A stretch of DNA of 64,000 nt, from assembly GCA_964580785.1 (NCBI GenBank), contig CAZOKX010000003.1, positions 2,512 to 66,511 of the forward strand, read 5' to 3'. The translations under genes and the position numbers were made by a program. Position 1 is the first letter of the stretch; the number at the start of each line of letters is the position of its first letter. The DNA is from an uncultured bacterium. Its GTDB lineage: Bacteria; Chlamydiota; Chlamydiia; Chlamydiales; Rhabdochlamydiaceae. The notes below the pieces were generated by a model that ran no database searches, was not told the origin of the DNA, and saw only the letters and a list, made by a program, of their open reading frames with translations. This document shows, in pieces, positions 8,097 to 18,331 of this stretch.

Positions 8097-11027
8097 TCAT
8101 GCGGGGACTCCTACAAGCTCTGCTGTAAAGTCGGTAATATTTGTCCCTCCACCTACGCCTTTTACGGCTACGGTTTTTGTGCTGCCTGAAACTTGAATGC
8201 TGACATAGGCTTTATTGGGGACTGCATCAGGGCCAATCCCATTCATCATCCCATAGGTTTCTACAGTCACCATATTTGAAGTGTCTTTCGAGGCTGCAGG
8301 ATTGAAATAGTGCCCCAGATTTCTATTGGGTGTATGGATCGTTAACAGGCCGCTCGTATGGCCAGCTCCCACATTTCCGATAGTAACTTTGGAATGGAAT
8401 TTCCAAAAGCATGGGCTTGGTGTTGTCGCTGGAATTTGGTATTGTGCAGTGCCTGTATTCCAGCCGCTTTGGTTGTCGATGATGACCGTATCGAAAGGGA
8501 TCGTATAGTCTGTTCCGTCTCCAGTGACATTTGCGATGTCATTCGAATTATAGGCATTGAAGATGGCGTTTTTAGGGAACCAAACCTGCTGATTTTTATC
8601 GGCATAGACGCTTTGCGAACTAGAGTTGTCCGATTGGTACTGGTTATTGTAATTCACAGAATTCAGGTAAGTAACCGTGGCACCTGACCCTAAAGTCGGT
8701 GTTCCGCTTCCTGCTGTATTGGAGCTAGAAAAAAGAACCGTGGCATTATTCCCAAGGGTTAAGCCATTGGGAAAATTGCAATAGGAGTTGTAGATAAGAA
8801 AGTTAGAAGATGTTCCCGAGTTTATTCCGAAGGAAGTCAGCAGGGTAGAATCGTAGATTTGATAGGAATTACTTCCACCCGCCGAATCATCGATGAAATA
8901 GGTCATCGATTGGTTTGTGGTGCATTGGGTGATCCGAGCAGAAAGGTTGTTTTTTGCTCGGATACCATACGTGCAAGAATTCCCAAAATTGCAATTATAG
9001 AGGACTAAGTCTGTCGATGTCGTTGCTGCAGAGCTATCTATAAGCGTGCTGCTTTGAATACTGCAATTATTAATCACTATCCCAATGCCAGAAGTTGCAG
9101 CGTTGATGATAGAGGAGCTGTTATCGAACTGGCAGTTATCAAATTGGTAAAAATCTCCGTTTCCGCTGTGAGCGGTAATAGTGGCTCCAAGTGCGCAATT
9201 CACCATTTGGAAGAGCAAATATTTGTTAGAAATGCTGTCTATAGACGAAGAGCTAAACCTGCAGTCGTTGAAGTTAATTCTTATGCTCGCAGAATTGGTG
9301 ATCGAATAACTATTGATATAGCACCCAACAAACTGGAAACCGTCAGCTAAAGTCGCGGTCCCGCTGGTTATCTGGCAATTTGAGATCGATCCTACACCAG
9401 TTCCGGTAATACTGCCTGATATAATCGTATCGGGATTGATGAAGGCTCCAAGCCCGCTAAATTCGTGTGTCTGGTTTCCTGCTGATAATCCCATCAAGAA
9501 AATGATTGTAGATGCGGGAAAAGTTAAATTTTCGAAATAGTTTCCTGGTTTGATGTAAATATTAGCACTTGATAATCCATCTGTGACAATCTGGTCTATA
9601 GCAGCCTGAATAGTGGTAAATCCTGCATGGATGTCGCCCACTGGTCCTACGATATAAGGGGTAATAGACGTATATCCACTTCCGCCTCCTCCATGCCAAC
9701 TTCCATTGTAGAACCAGGGGATATCATTGGTGGCATCATAGACCATAGGTATAGCAGAGCCATAACTTGTTGGGGTCCCAGTTGGAGAACCGTTGCAGCT
9801 TGGGATATGTAAAAATCCGTCTGTGGCTGAGGTGGAAAGCTGGTCTGAGTTAGTGATAGTATTCCCGTTTCCAGAGAAAGAATCTATGTAGTGGACCTTG
9901 GCTCCAGTCCCTAAAGTAGGGGTGCCAAATCCTTGGAGATTGCAGTTATAGAGATAGACGTTGGAGTTATTTCCCAAATTGACGGCTTGGCTATTTGAAA
10001 CGGTGGAGTTTCTGACAAAATAAGAGTTTGATCCTGTCCCAACAGAGTCATCGATAAAATAAGTATTTCCATTGATTGTGCAGTTATTGATAGAAGCGCT
10101 TGCTTTATTAACTTTTAATAAAGCGGTTGATGTTGAATAAGCTTTACAAAAATTTAGCTCACAAGAGATCCCTGCTGTTGTGCTTGCCGTAGTGTCTATG
10201 AGTATTGGAGAGAGAATGTCACACCATTGGAATATGAAAGAAACGTTGCTACTTGCAGAAAGAGTGAATCCGCTGCTGATCGTACTCTTCTCGATGATTA
10301 ACTGATTGCCTACCCCTCCTATTGTAAAGCTTCCAGCAAGATAGCTATTTTGGAAACGCATATCCACCCATTTGGTTGAAGAAAAGAAGGTGCCTGTGTT
10401 GAGAAAACAGGTTTCAAATTCTAAACTTTTTCCATCGGCGGTTGTGGAAATATAAGTGCCGGTTGCTCCGAAGAATTGACAATTTTTAAATTTTAGGTTT
10501 CCTCCACTGCTAATGGCTGTGCTGCTTCCACTATAAGCAATACGGATTGATTCAAAAACCATGGTCCCGCTTGCAAGAGTACAAATTCCATTCCAAATGA
10601 CTGAAAGAGGAGGGAAATCATTACTAGAGCTTGATGCTCCAGCTCCTAATCCGATGAGGCGGATCCCAGCTTGGGAAGTCAGGTTTTCGATGTAAGTCCC
10701 TGGTTTTATATAAATATTGATAGGGGAACTATCGGAGGCCCCTGCGGCAATCGCGGCTGTAATGGCATCTTGGATTGTTGTGAAATCGGAATTAGTAGGT
10801 CCAACAATGTATGGACTTAAAGAGGTTCCTCCTCCTCCTGCCGCAGCAATTGTAATGCTCCCTTGACCATTGGTGATGGTTACGTTCGAACCAGCTATTA
10901 GAGTGGAGATCTTGGGATTTCCTGTGCTATCGCCAATGATGAGCTGGCCATCGGTTAAGATCTGGGTGCTCCCGTTATCGAAAGAGATATTATCTGCCTT
11001 TATAAGGCCGTTATTAAAACCAACCAT
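8097..11027 (-). CDS. Large tail fibre/tailspike: two tandem pectin-lyase-type beta-helix modules plus a C1q/TNF-like C-terminal tip
   Basis: 976 aa. The module start occurs twice: SPYIVGPTNSDFTTIQDAITAA..NIYIKPGTYIENL and TPYIVGPVGDIHAGFTTIQAAIDQ..NIYIKPGNYFENL. The N-terminus MVGFNNG is shared with ORF 11094-11576. C-terminal NVTGDGTDYTIPFD...TDFTAELVG. Confidence 0.7.
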   Translation of the reverse strand: MVGFNNGLIKADNISFDNGSTQILTDGQLIIGDSTGNPKISTLIAGSNVTITNGQGSITIAAAGGGGTSLSPYIVGPTNSDFTTIQDAITAAIAAGASDSSPINIYIKPGTYIENLTSQAGIRLIGLGAGASSSSNDFPPLSVIWNGICTLASGTMVFESIRIAYSGSSTAISSGGNLKFKNCQFFGATGTYISTTADGKSLEFETCFLNTGTFFSSTKWVDMRFQNSYLAGSFTIGGVGNQLIIEKSTISSGFTLSASSNVSFIFQWCDILSPILIDTTASTTAGISCELNFCKAYSTSTALLKVNKASASINNCTINGNTYFIDDSVGTGSNSYFVRNSTVSNSQAVNLGNNSNVYLYNCNLQGFGTPTLGTGAKVHYIDSFSGNGNTITNSDQLSTSATDGFLHIPSCNGSPTGTPTSYGSAIPMVYDATNDIPWFYNGSWHGGGGSGYTSITPYIVGPVGDIHAGFTTIQAAIDQIVTDGLSSANIYIKPGNYFENLTFPASTIIFLMGLSAGNQTHEFSGLGAFINPDTIISGSITGTGVGSISNCQITSGTATLADGFQFVGCYINSYSITNSASIRINFNDCRFSSSSIDSISNKYLLFQMVNCALGATITAHSGNGDFYQFDNCQFDNSSSIINAATSGIGIVINNCSIQSSTLIDSSAATTSTDLVLYNCNFGNSCTYGIRAKNNLSARITQCTTNQSMTYFIDDSAGGSNSYQIYDSTLLTSFGINSGTSSNFLIYNSYCNFPNGLTLGNNATVLFSSSNTAGSGTPTLGSGATVTYLNSVNYNNQYQSDNSSSQSVYADKNQQVWFPKNAIFNAYNSNDIANVTGDGTDYTIPFDTVIIDNQSGWNTGTAQYQIPATTPSPCFWKFHSKVTIGNVGAGHTSGLLTIHTPNRNLGHYFNPAASKDTSNMVTVETYGMMNGIGPDAVPNKAYVSIQVSGSTKTVAVKGVGGGTNITDFTAELVGVPA

Positions 11028-11093
11028 GATGTTTCTGCCTTTTATGATTTATATTCTGTAATAGTCTTGGGTAATTGGGTTGAAGATCTGAGC

Positions 11094-11576
11094 TTAGCCA
11101 ATAAAGAATCCCCCAAAATCACACCATTGATCTCCGGTGGCTTTCGTTCCAACAACCTTCGTTCCCCCGAGGACTTGGACTTGCAGGGTGAATGTGCTAG
11201 ATGCTCCTATTCCGTTTATGTAACCGGAAACTTCCAGAGTAAGCTCGTTTCCTGCGGTTCTACTATTAGCAGCGTTGATGTCAAAGTAAAGGTTCCTGTT
11301 GGCATTGGTGATCGACAGGACCGCAGTTGTGTGGGAGGAAGTTATCCCTGTAAGAGTAACCTTTCCTTGGAGGAACCAAATGCCCGTTGGAATGTTAGAT
11401 GGAACTGTATAGATCCCTGTTGCTGGGTTGTATCCATTGGAGGGATCGAATATTTCAATGTCGCAGATCACGTTTGCTGTTGTTCCATCGCCAGTCAAGT
11501 TCGATTGCGAAGTGAGTTGATAGGCAAAGAAAGAGAAATTGTTTGATGACAAAAATCCATTATTGAAACCGACCAT
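11094..11576 (-). CDS. Short tail-fibre protein with C1q/TNF-like jelly-roll domain
   Basis: 160 aa. The N-terminus MVGFNNGF is paralogous to that of the 976-aa fibre. SNLTGDGTTANVICDIEIFDPSNGYNPATGIYTVP ... DFGGFFIG fits the C1q-type pattern. Confidence 0.55.
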   Translation of the reverse strand: MVGFNNGFLSSNNFSFFAYQLTSQSNLTGDGTTANVICDIEIFDPSNGYNPATGIYTVPSNIPTGIWFLQGKVTLTGITSSHTTAVLSITNANRNLYFDINAANSRTAGNELTLEVSGYINGIGASSTFTLQVQVLGGTKVVGTKATGDQWCDFGGFFIG

Positions 11577-11588
11577 ATTCTTTACCTT

Positions 11589-12086
11589 TTATGATTCATA
11601 TTCTGTAATCGTCAGGGTACAGACCCCTGCGCCTCCATATATGCGCGTATTGCTGCCGCCACCCATGAGATCGAAGGCATTGGCATCTGGACCTATTCTA
11701 ATTTTAAATGTTGTTGATGAGGTTGTTCCTGCTGACATGTAGTAGGTCAATGGAGTAACAACTTTTAAAAACTGAGAGCCAGGACTTGTTGCCATACAGG
11801 CAATAGCGTTCGGGTTAGAGTCCTGGAAAAGAGCACAACAGACTGTTTGTCCTTGCGTTCCTCCTCCCCACACATTTGCTTGAATAACCAGAATATTTGA
11901 TGCACTTGTTGGAGTGATAGAAGCAAACATGATCTGTGTCCCTTCTGTATTTTGAGGGACTGTGTCATCCTGAGGAATAAGGGCTGTCAGTCTCTGAAAG
12001 GTGGTTGTGCTCGTTCTTACTTGTTGGACTAGAGTGCCCTTTAACCCAAAAATTTGGACGTAGCCATTATTTGTTCCTGTGCTCAT
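11589..12086 (-). CDS. Hypothetical fibre-cluster protein
   Basis: 165-aa ORF overlapping the upstream gene's stop by 4 nt. Ser/Thr/Gly-rich. No family recognised. Confidence 0.45.
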   Translation of the reverse strand: MSTGTNNGYVQIFGLKGTLVQQVRTSTTTFQRLTALIPQDDTVPQNTEGTQIMFASITPTSASNILVIQANVWGGGTQGQTVCCALFQDSNPNAIACMATSPGSQFLKVVTPLTYYMSAGTTSSTTFKIRIGPDANAFDLMGGGSNTRIYGGAGVCTLTITEYES

Positions 12087-13624
12087 GAGTTTGTTAAAAC
12101 CTTTTGATAGCTATAGGTGCAGACCCAGTTATAAGTCGTTGAGGCAACTCCTGCTATTCTGATCCTTACCGTTTGAGTTGAGGTGTCTACATCACATGTA
12201 AAGCTGGCGGAGGAGCTGCTCTCTATGTTGACAATGGGACTTCCAATTAGGGCGACGTTTCCTCCAGAAGCACGCCTTGCACAGATCAAGAAATTACCTC
12301 CTATCATGTTTGTATGGTCACTCTGAGCAGCTGTAATGCTCCCTGAGAGGGTGATTGATTCAGTTTGATTGACGACGACAGATGCTAAAGTCTGCGTAGT
12401 ACTGTCTGTGGTCTGAAGGCCAGCTTGTCCCGTATATTGTTGTGATCCTGTGAATCCGGATCCGATTAGTTGCCTTCTTTCTAAAAATAAGCCGGAAGAT
12501 GGATTGCATTGACAGCCAGCGGTGATGACTTTCCCACCAGTAATTATATCGGAGTATCCGTTGATTAAGTTAGGCCCCCAGAAAGAGGTGTTGAAGGCAT
12601 TGAAAGAGACATTCGGATTGTTGATAATAGCGATTTTATTAGCACTTGATATGCCGATTGAAGAGTTTGTGTAATCAATATATGAACTATTTGTTGTAGA
12701 AGGCCCAATTGAATGGAAGGCTCCTATTGATACGGCCCCTGTTTGAATATGCAAAGTATTGTAGGCTACAAATTGGTAATAGACTGAGCTAGCAGAGGCG
12801 TCAAAGCAGGAGAGAAGAACAGCGCTCGAAACTTGCATATGAAATGTAGAACTTGCAGGGATTACAGCAGCTTGGATTTGTGATGCTTGGACAAAGCAAT
12901 TTGAGATTATAAGCTTGAGCAAACCCCCAGAGCCAGTATAGCTAAATAAGGTGGTGTTAGCTGTATTGTCGGACAAGACACATTCTTCAAAACAAACCCA
13001 CATGGTTGCAACTGCAGGCGTATAAGAAAAAATAGAATTTCCGGCTTGAGTGGTTTGAATGAAGCACCCTTTAAAAAGAATGCCTGTAAGAGAGGCACAA
13101 GCCAGATAAATGGCAGAGCCAGTTGTAGGCTGAATCCACATATTGAAAATTTTGCACGATTGACCGCCGCTTGGAGAAAAAGAAATACTCCCAGTTAATT
13201 GTACACTTGGAAGACTTGAGATGTTTGGTACTCCATATTGGTAATCTTGAGTAAAATTGATAGGATCGAATCCAATAAGAGAAATCCCATCATATACGGT
13301 AAGGTCTTCGACGTAAGTTCCAGATTTGATATAGATGTTTTTCGGAGCTGAATGAGAAGCTCCATCAGCAACAGCCTGATCGATGGCAGCTTGAATTGTT
13401 GTAAAATCACTTCCTGTTGCCCCTACAATATAGGGAGATAGGGTAGTGCCTCCTCCGGAAACAGTAGCCCATTTGGCACCAGTTGGCATCGTGTTATCCA
13501 GTGTTAAAACCAGACCATTTGCTCCTGCTGAAAGCACAGATGGATTAAGGCCACCGCCTTGTCCTAGAAGAAGATCTCCTTTGTTGAAAAGAGCAGGAGT
13601 GTTGATTGTATTTTGTGTTCCCAT
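12083..13624 (-). CDS. Tail fibre/tailspike with pectin-lyase-type beta-helix
   Basis: The track ORF runs to 13648; I prefer the start MGTQNT at 13624, just after the upstream stop. NKGDLLLGQGGGLNPSVLSAGANGLVLTLD fibre motif, then SPYIVGATGSDFTTIQAAIDQAVADG..NIYIKSGTYVEDL. Confidence 0.65.
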   Translation of the reverse strand: MGTQNTINTPALFNKGDLLLGQGGGLNPSVLSAGANGLVLTLDNTMPTGAKWATVSGGGTTLSPYIVGATGSDFTTIQAAIDQAVADGASHSAPKNIYIKSGTYVEDLTVYDGISLIGFDPINFTQDYQYGVPNISSLPSVQLTGSISFSPSGGQSCKIFNMWIQPTTGSAIYLACASLTGILFKGCFIQTTQAGNSIFSYTPAVATMWVCFEECVLSDNTANTTLFSYTGSGGLLKLIISNCFVQASQIQAAVIPASSTFHMQVSSAVLLSCFDASASSVYYQFVAYNTLHIQTGAVSIGAFHSIGPSTTNSSYIDYTNSSIGISSANKIAIINNPNVSFNAFNTSFWGPNLINGYSDIITGGKVITAGCQCNPSSGLFLERRQLIGSGFTGSQQYTGQAGLQTTDSTTQTLASVVVNQTESITLSGSITAAQSDHTNMIGGNFLICARRASGGNVALIGSPIVNIESSSSASFTCDVDTSTQTVRIRIAGVASTTYNWVCTYSYQKVLTNS

Positions 13625-13635
13625 TTTTTTACCTT

Positions 13636-14163
13636 TTATTGAGACCAAGTTCCGAGAATTACACAGCTCATCGTGATGGAAGTTCCTGTTGCGGCTGTAT
13701 TTACGTTTAAATAACCAGATGTATTAGCGGGAATTGCATTCAACACGCCGCTGAGTTGAACCACTTGGTAATTATTGGCCGCTGTTAACCCGCCGAAAGA
13801 GGTGTTAGCTAAGATGTTGTTGTAGCTAGAGCCATTCGTTCCAATAGAAATACTCGCGCCGGAGGAGATCGAAGTTGCAAAGAGAACGCTTATAATGATC
13901 TGTGTTGGGAAAAAACGAAATCCGCTGGATGGAGTAGTAAAAAAGATGGTATTTCCTGTGTTTTTTGCATTGAATGTATTCAGGTAATATCCTGTCATCC
14001 CATACATGTACTTGAATCCGCTTGCTGCGGTAGAGTCACAGGCAAGTACTTGTCCATTTAAAGATCCCCAATTAAGCATGACGGGCCTAGCCCCGTTTTG
14101 TCCTACGAGTATTTGTCCTTTGGCAGTGTAGTCTGGGTTATTGATAGAGTTTTTTATAGCCAT
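13636..14163 (-). CDS. Short tail-fibre protein
   Basis: The track ORF runs to 14247; I prefer the start MAIKNS at 14163. Carries the fibre motif AKGQILVGQNGARPVMLNWGSLNGQVLACD also seen in ORFs 12083 and 16191. Confidence 0.5.
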   Translation of the reverse strand: MAIKNSINNPDYTAKGQILVGQNGARPVMLNWGSLNGQVLACDSTAASGFKYMYGMTGYYLNTFNAKNTGNTIFFTTPSSGFRFFPTQIIISVLFATSISSGASISIGTNGSSYNNILANTSFGGLTAANNYQVVQLSGVLNAIPANTSGYLNVNTAATGTSITMSCVILGTWSQ

Positions 14164-14168
14164 AATTT

Positions 14169-14669
14169 TTAATCCACCAAGTATCCATAGATAAATGAAA
14201 TGCCAGCCGCTTGAAGTGAAATAACTTTTGCTCCTCCGCCGACCCAAATAGTGAAATAAGCAGTATCGTTGGCATTCATACGAGCAAGCGTGGATGTAGC
14301 GATTTGAAGGGTTTGGGAGCTTGAAGAAAGAGCAAAAGCCCCCAATTCTGCAAGACGGTATGTCTTAGCAGTTGTTTCGCATTTCAAGACGTATGCGTTC
14401 ATCCCTGACGTAAGACCTTGAGTATTTATAGAGGCACCAAAGACATAATTTCCTTGAACCGGAGCAGTAAAAATACCTGTTAGAGGGTTATAACTAGAGC
14501 TTTGGTCCATCACGACGTTGTCACAGACAATGGTGTATACAGTTCCGTCTCCCGTGACGTTGCCTGTGCTAGAATTTAAGAGAGCTTGAAAAGAGCACTG
14601 CAACGGGCGTGTCACTTGATGATTGGCGACTATTATCGGTGAATTCGTGCTATTATTATTTTGGACCAT
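14169..14669 (-). CDS. Short tail-fibre protein with C1q/TNF-like jelly-roll domain
   Basis: 166 aa. GNVTGDGTVYTIVCDNVVMDQSSSYNPLTGIFTAPVQGNYVF ... ISFIYGYLVD matches the classic C1q-domain pattern (F-x-AP-x-x-G-x-Y-x-F, with a hydrophobic C-terminal strand). Confidence 0.55.
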   Translation of the reverse strand: MVQNNNSTNSPIIVANHQVTRPLQCSFQALLNSSTGNVTGDGTVYTIVCDNVVMDQSSSYNPLTGIFTAPVQGNYVFGASINTQGLTSGMNAYVLKCETTAKTYRLAELGAFALSSSSQTLQIATSTLARMNANDTAYFTIWVGGGAKVISLQAAGISFIYGYLVD

Positions 14670-14693
14670 TCATTCCCTTTCAGTTCAAATTGG

Positions 14694-16079
14694 TTAATTG
14701 ACGGTTATATTTCCTATAGCTCCAAAAGCTACCCACTGACTTGAGTTCACTGAGACTAGAGTTACGCAATCGTATTGATCGACAAATTCTAGGAAGCCCG
14801 TCACCCCTGTTGTTGTGGCAGAGGAGCCAAGATGGATGATCTGCCCCGCATTTTGAGCAATTTTCCATCCTCCTGCACCAAAACCAACAATCTGAAGCAT
14901 GTCCCCAAGCTGTTGAGGGTCCGGAAGTGTCAGAGTCACGAGAGAAACGTTGTTTGCGACAATGTAAGCATTGCCTGCTACCATGGTTGTATCTGTAGTA
15001 GCAGCATTCCAAGTTAGACTTCCTGACGAGGCATTGATAGTGATAGAGCCATTCCCATTAACGATGCTGACATTGCTACCTGCCGTGAGAGTGGCTATTT
15101 TGGGCACCCCTGTGCTATCACCAATGATAAGTTGACCGTCCCCAATGATTTTTGTAGCGCCCCTGTCAAAGCTGAGGTTCTGTAAAAAGGCTGTGCCGCT
15201 TTCGATTTCTGTCGTATAGATCTTCGTAATTGTCCCTGCAACTGCAAATCCTTCAACGTAGGAGACGCTCGTAAATTCAACGCTGCCTGTTCCTGCTATG
15301 ACGGGATTAGCGGTAGAGTCAATGACAACATTATTGAGAACAACCGGATTAGAAGAGGTCGTGGTGATCGCTGCTGTAGCTCCACTACTAATTCGAGAAT
15401 TAGAAATGGTTTGGGTAGAACTATCAGAGAAAGTTAATCCCTGCGTAAAGGTAGAGCTATCAATAGAAAGATTTGCTGTTCCTTGAATTGTAAGAGGGCA
15501 AGCTATACCCGCTCCAAATAGGACTGTTGTACCGCTGAGCACCATACTATTCGCAGTTCCAGCTCCTAAGCCTGCATCAAAAACGAAAAGAGAAGCTCCT
15601 CCAGTATTGTTAACGCCCCCATCACTCCCAGCTCCTGGGTTAATGTCAAAAAGCTCAAAAATTCCTGTCCAATTAGGTAAATCGAATGTGTAACCGTTTG
15701 TTACGTTCAATAAGGCATCTATGATGACGAGATGTGATTGACCAGCAGCGCTACTATCAAAAATTGCGGTAGGGCTGGAGAGCTTTGTATTCCTAAAAAT
15801 GAAGGTCGTGTTGGCAGTTGGAGGGATATGAGTTCCGACGATCTCAACTTGTCCTTCATCTCCTAAGCCGGTTGCTCCAACTACTTCAACAAAATTTGTG
15901 ATTGCTGATAGATCAAGATCCTCAGTATACGTTCCTTGTTGAAGAAATACGCTTCCTCCACCAGCTGCTGTTGCGGCATTCACTGCAGATTGGATCGTTC
16001 TATACGATCCATTGCCAGGTGTCGTACTGACAATATATCGCGAAATTCCGAAGTTGTTTGTACTGTTATTAGTGCCCAT
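14694..16079 (-). CDS. Tail fibre/tailspike with beta-helix and a conserved C-terminal GxGAGGW module
   Basis: 461 aa. ISRYIVSTTPGNGSYRTIQSAVNAATAAGGGSVFLQQGTYTEDL. Internal GDGQLIIGDSTGVPKIATLTAGSNVSIVNGNGSITI is near-identical to the N-terminal part of the 976-aa fibre. The C-terminus LVTLTLP..IVGFGAGGWKIAQNAGQ is paralogous to ORFs 16191 and 16884. Confidence 0.65.
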   Translation of the reverse strand: MGTNNSTNNFGISRYIVSTTPGNGSYRTIQSAVNAATAAGGGSVFLQQGTYTEDLDLSAITNFVEVVGATGLGDEGQVEIVGTHIPPTANTTFIFRNTKLSSPTAIFDSSAAGQSHLVIIDALLNVTNGYTFDLPNWTGIFELFDINPGAGSDGGVNNTGGASLFVFDAGLGAGTANSMVLSGTTVLFGAGIACPLTIQGTANLSIDSSTFTQGLTFSDSSTQTISNSRISSGATAAITTTSSNPVVLNNVVIDSTANPVIAGTGSVEFTSVSYVEGFAVAGTITKIYTTEIESGTAFLQNLSFDRGATKIIGDGQLIIGDSTGVPKIATLTAGSNVSIVNGNGSITINASSGSLTWNAATTDTTMVAGNAYIVANNVSLVTLTLPDPQQLGDMLQIVGFGAGGWKIAQNAGQIIHLGSSATTTGVTGFLEFVDQYDCVTLVSVNSSQWVAFGAIGNITVN

Positions 16080-16190
16080 AGTTATTAATCCCTTGCCTCT
16101 GGAGGTAATTTGGCTCCAGGGATGTTGAATCTCCCTGGGCCAAAATCTTCAAAATTATTACTAATCCCTTGTGCTGTCCTTTGCATCTGA

Positions 16191-16859
16191 TTAAACAACG
16201 GTTAAGTTGCCGACTGCACTGAGTACTCTCCATGTGGTGTCTGCAACCACGCAGAGGCACTCTAAAGCATCGCCTGAGTCAGTTGAGGCTAAGCTTCCTC
16301 CGACGCCAGCAGTCGTAGCTGTATTGCCAAATTTGACCGTTTGGGAAGCGTTCTGAGCCAATAGCCATCCGCCTGCTCCGTTACCAGCGATTCTGAAGGT
16401 TGTGCCTTGAGCTGCTGTCGTTGGGAGGGTTAAGGTGACCAAGGCAGCGTTGTCGGCGATATAACCGGTGTTGACTGCGATTGTTTGGGAAGTTCCTGTA
16501 ACATCTACCCATGTTGTCACGCCGCCGCTACCCCCGCTTGCAGCCGCCCATTTAACGCCTGATGTTTGAGTGGAATCTGCAGTTAAGACAAAAGTGTCTG
16601 TTCCAATAGTTAGGGGGGTGAAAGTCCCTACGCCAGTACCGACTAAGATCACGCCTTTGGCGGTATAGTCCGCAAAGCCGATCAAAGTATCTGCTGCTCT
16701 ATTAGGGAATGTGTAAACCCCTGAGCCAGCAAATTGATTTGTAAGGGTATAATCCCCGCTGCCGTTATAGGTAACGGTTCTTTTGGTGGTACCTCCACCA
16801 ATGCTAAATCCAACCGACAGGTTAGAAATGTCTAAGTTTACTGATGAATTACGAGCCAT
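16191..16859 (-). CDS. Tail-fibre protein with conserved C-terminal GxGAGGW module
   Basis: 222 aa. [29 protein letters not shown] fibre motif. C-terminal [34 protein letters not shown]. Confidence 0.55.
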   Translation of the reverse strand: MARNSSVNLDISNLSVGFSIGGGTTKRTVTYNGSGDYTLTNQFAGSGVYTFPNRAADTLIGFADYTAKGVILVGTGVGTFTPLTIGTDTFVLTADSTQTSGVKWAAASGGSGGVTTWVDVTGTSQTIAVNTGYIADNAALVTLTLPTTAAQGTTFRIAGNGAGGWLLAQNASQTVKFGNTATTAGVGGSLASTDSGDALECLCVVADTTWRVLSAVGNLTVV

Positions 16860-16883
16860 ATGTCCTTGCCTCTTTTTTTGTTG

Positions 16884-17351
16884 TTAAACGAAATTTACGC
16901 GCCCTTCTGGGCCATTTGATACCACCCAAATTGTGTTGTCTTGGATACAGAGCAATCCAATGCTGTCGGTACCAAAATTTGATTCCAGAAGACCTTTAAC
17001 GCCGCTTGTAGTGGCTTTAGTGCCATGCCTTATCTGCTGACCCGCTCCTTGGAGAATTCGCCATCCTGCATCTGAATAACCAACAACCCGTTGACGAGTT
17101 CCCGCTGGAGCAATAGGAGGAAGGGTTAAGTTGATTTTCTTGGAGCCTACGACGTAGTAATAGATGTTGCTTTTCATGATCAGGTCGGAGATGGCTGGAA
17201 ACCAAACTTCGAGTGAAGCGCGAGCTTTTAGCTGAATTGCACTAAGATTTCTTGAAAACTCGTCATATTGACGGAGGATAAAAGAGGCAAGAGCATCCAC
17301 TCTTTTTGTGGTGGGCAGTTGATTGATATTACGAAGAACTAGATGGCTCAT
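16884..17351 (-). CDS. Fibre-cluster protein with the third copy of the C-terminal module
   Basis: The track ORF runs to 17414; I prefer the start MSHLVL at 17351. C-terminal INLTLPPIAPAGTRQRVVGYSDAGWRILQGAGQ. Confidence 0.5.
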   Translation of the reverse strand: MSHLVLRNINQLPTTKRVDALASFILRQYDEFSRNLSAIQLKARASLEVWFPAISDLIMKSNIYYYVVGSKKINLTLPPIAPAGTRQRVVGYSDAGWRILQGAGQQIRHGTKATTSGVKGLLESNFGTDSIGLLCIQDNTIWVVSNGPEGRVNFV

Positions 17352-17691
17352 GGCGTATTTCTCCCTTTTTTTGTTTTTTGGGAATCTGCTTAGGGGCAGC
17401 TTGCTGGAGAACATACTCCTTGCTTTGCTGGATCAATTGCCCTAAGAGTCCTTCCAAAGTTTCAAGACGATTTCTCATTTGCTCAACGGCCTGTTGCAAT
17501 GCAAACATGCGGTTTACCTCAACCTGCTGCTGGATCAGCATCCTTTTCGGTGCGCAGTCGCTGATGACTTTTGGCTGTCCAGTCCCTCCTTCTTGCCACC
17601 ACGATTCCATGAAATTGGGGCATTCTCGCTCGCTTGCGCATAGCTTGCTCTTGACGAAAGGGCAGTTTTCTTTACATGAGGTACAATCCAT
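17329..17691 (-). CDS. Cys-rich, coiled-coil hypothetical protein inside the fibre cluster
   Basis: 120 aa. N-terminal MDCTSCKENCPFVKSKLCASERECPNF...DCAP (8 Cys in about 46 aa), followed by a Gln/Leu-rich helix and a Lys-rich tail. Confidence 0.45.
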   Translation of the reverse strand: MDCTSCKENCPFVKSKLCASERECPNFMESWWQEGGTGQPKVISDCAPKRMLIQQQVEVNRMFALQQAVEQMRNRLETLEGLLGQLIQQSKEYVLQQAAPKQIPKKQKKGEIRHEPSSSS

Positions 17692-17718
17692 TGGGTTCTC
17701 CTTTAGTTGGTTAATTTT

Positions 17719-18321
17719 TTAAGGTTGTTTCTGACATAAAACTCCTGTTGCTGCTAACGGTCTCCATGTGGAACCGTGATTGTGTGGAGCATTTCCTCCA
17801 GTAGATGATGTTGTTATCGTGCCACCGTTATCTGATCTCCAGGGTTTGGTATCAGCGGATCCTCTTTGGTTTTTACCCACGATAAAAGGGGAAAGTGTGT
17901 GTGCGTGGGAGGGCATTTGATCAATAGTCAAAGTATGATCTGCTGTTTGCCATGTACCTTGTGGCAAGGAACCTCCGACGGTATAGGTAGACCCTCCCTT
18001 AACACTTAAAAGGCAGTCTCCGACGGGCATGATTACCCACCCGCTTGGGGCAACATCTTGATAAAACCAAAGCTGGGTGCCTGCGACAAAACTGATTTGA
18101 TCGAAGCGAATTTGATAATTTGTCGATCCTCGGCCTATAACCATTAAGTCATTGTTGATCGCCGTGCTAGGGAGAGGATCAAAGAGGGAGATATCAAAGT
18201 TTCTTATCTGAGCAATTGTGGCTTTCTTATCCGTAAATCCTTGATGAACAATAGTAAGGTCGTTGGTTGGATCTATTGTTCCCACTGGATCGAGGTCTGT
18301 AATCAGAACAGGTGTACTCAT
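17719..18321 (-). CDS. Tail-fibre protein with phage tail-collar-like domain
   Basis: The track ORF runs to 18366; I prefer the start MSTPVL at 18321. HTLTIDQMPSHAHTL and GGNAPHNH resemble the tail-collar/MdpB pattern. Confidence 0.55.
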   Translation of the reverse strand: MSTPVLITDLDPVGTIDPTNDLTIVHQGFTDKKATIAQIRNFDISLFDPLPSTAINNDLMVIGRGSTNYQIRFDQISFVAGTQLWFYQDVAPSGWVIMPVGDCLLSVKGGSTYTVGGSLPQGTWQTADHTLTIDQMPSHAHTLSPFIVGKNQRGSADTKPWRSDNGGTITTSSTGGNAPHNHGSTWRPLAATGVLCQKQP

Positions 18322-18331
18322 GGTTTCTCCT

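Noticed and set aside
14680-15012. 110-aa minus-strand ORF rich in Cys/Arg/Trp, and similar alternate-frame ORFs (12907-13098, 13195-13410, 17017-17205, 18318-18539)
   Set aside because: They lie in alternative frames wholly inside longer fibre genes and have no independent start context.
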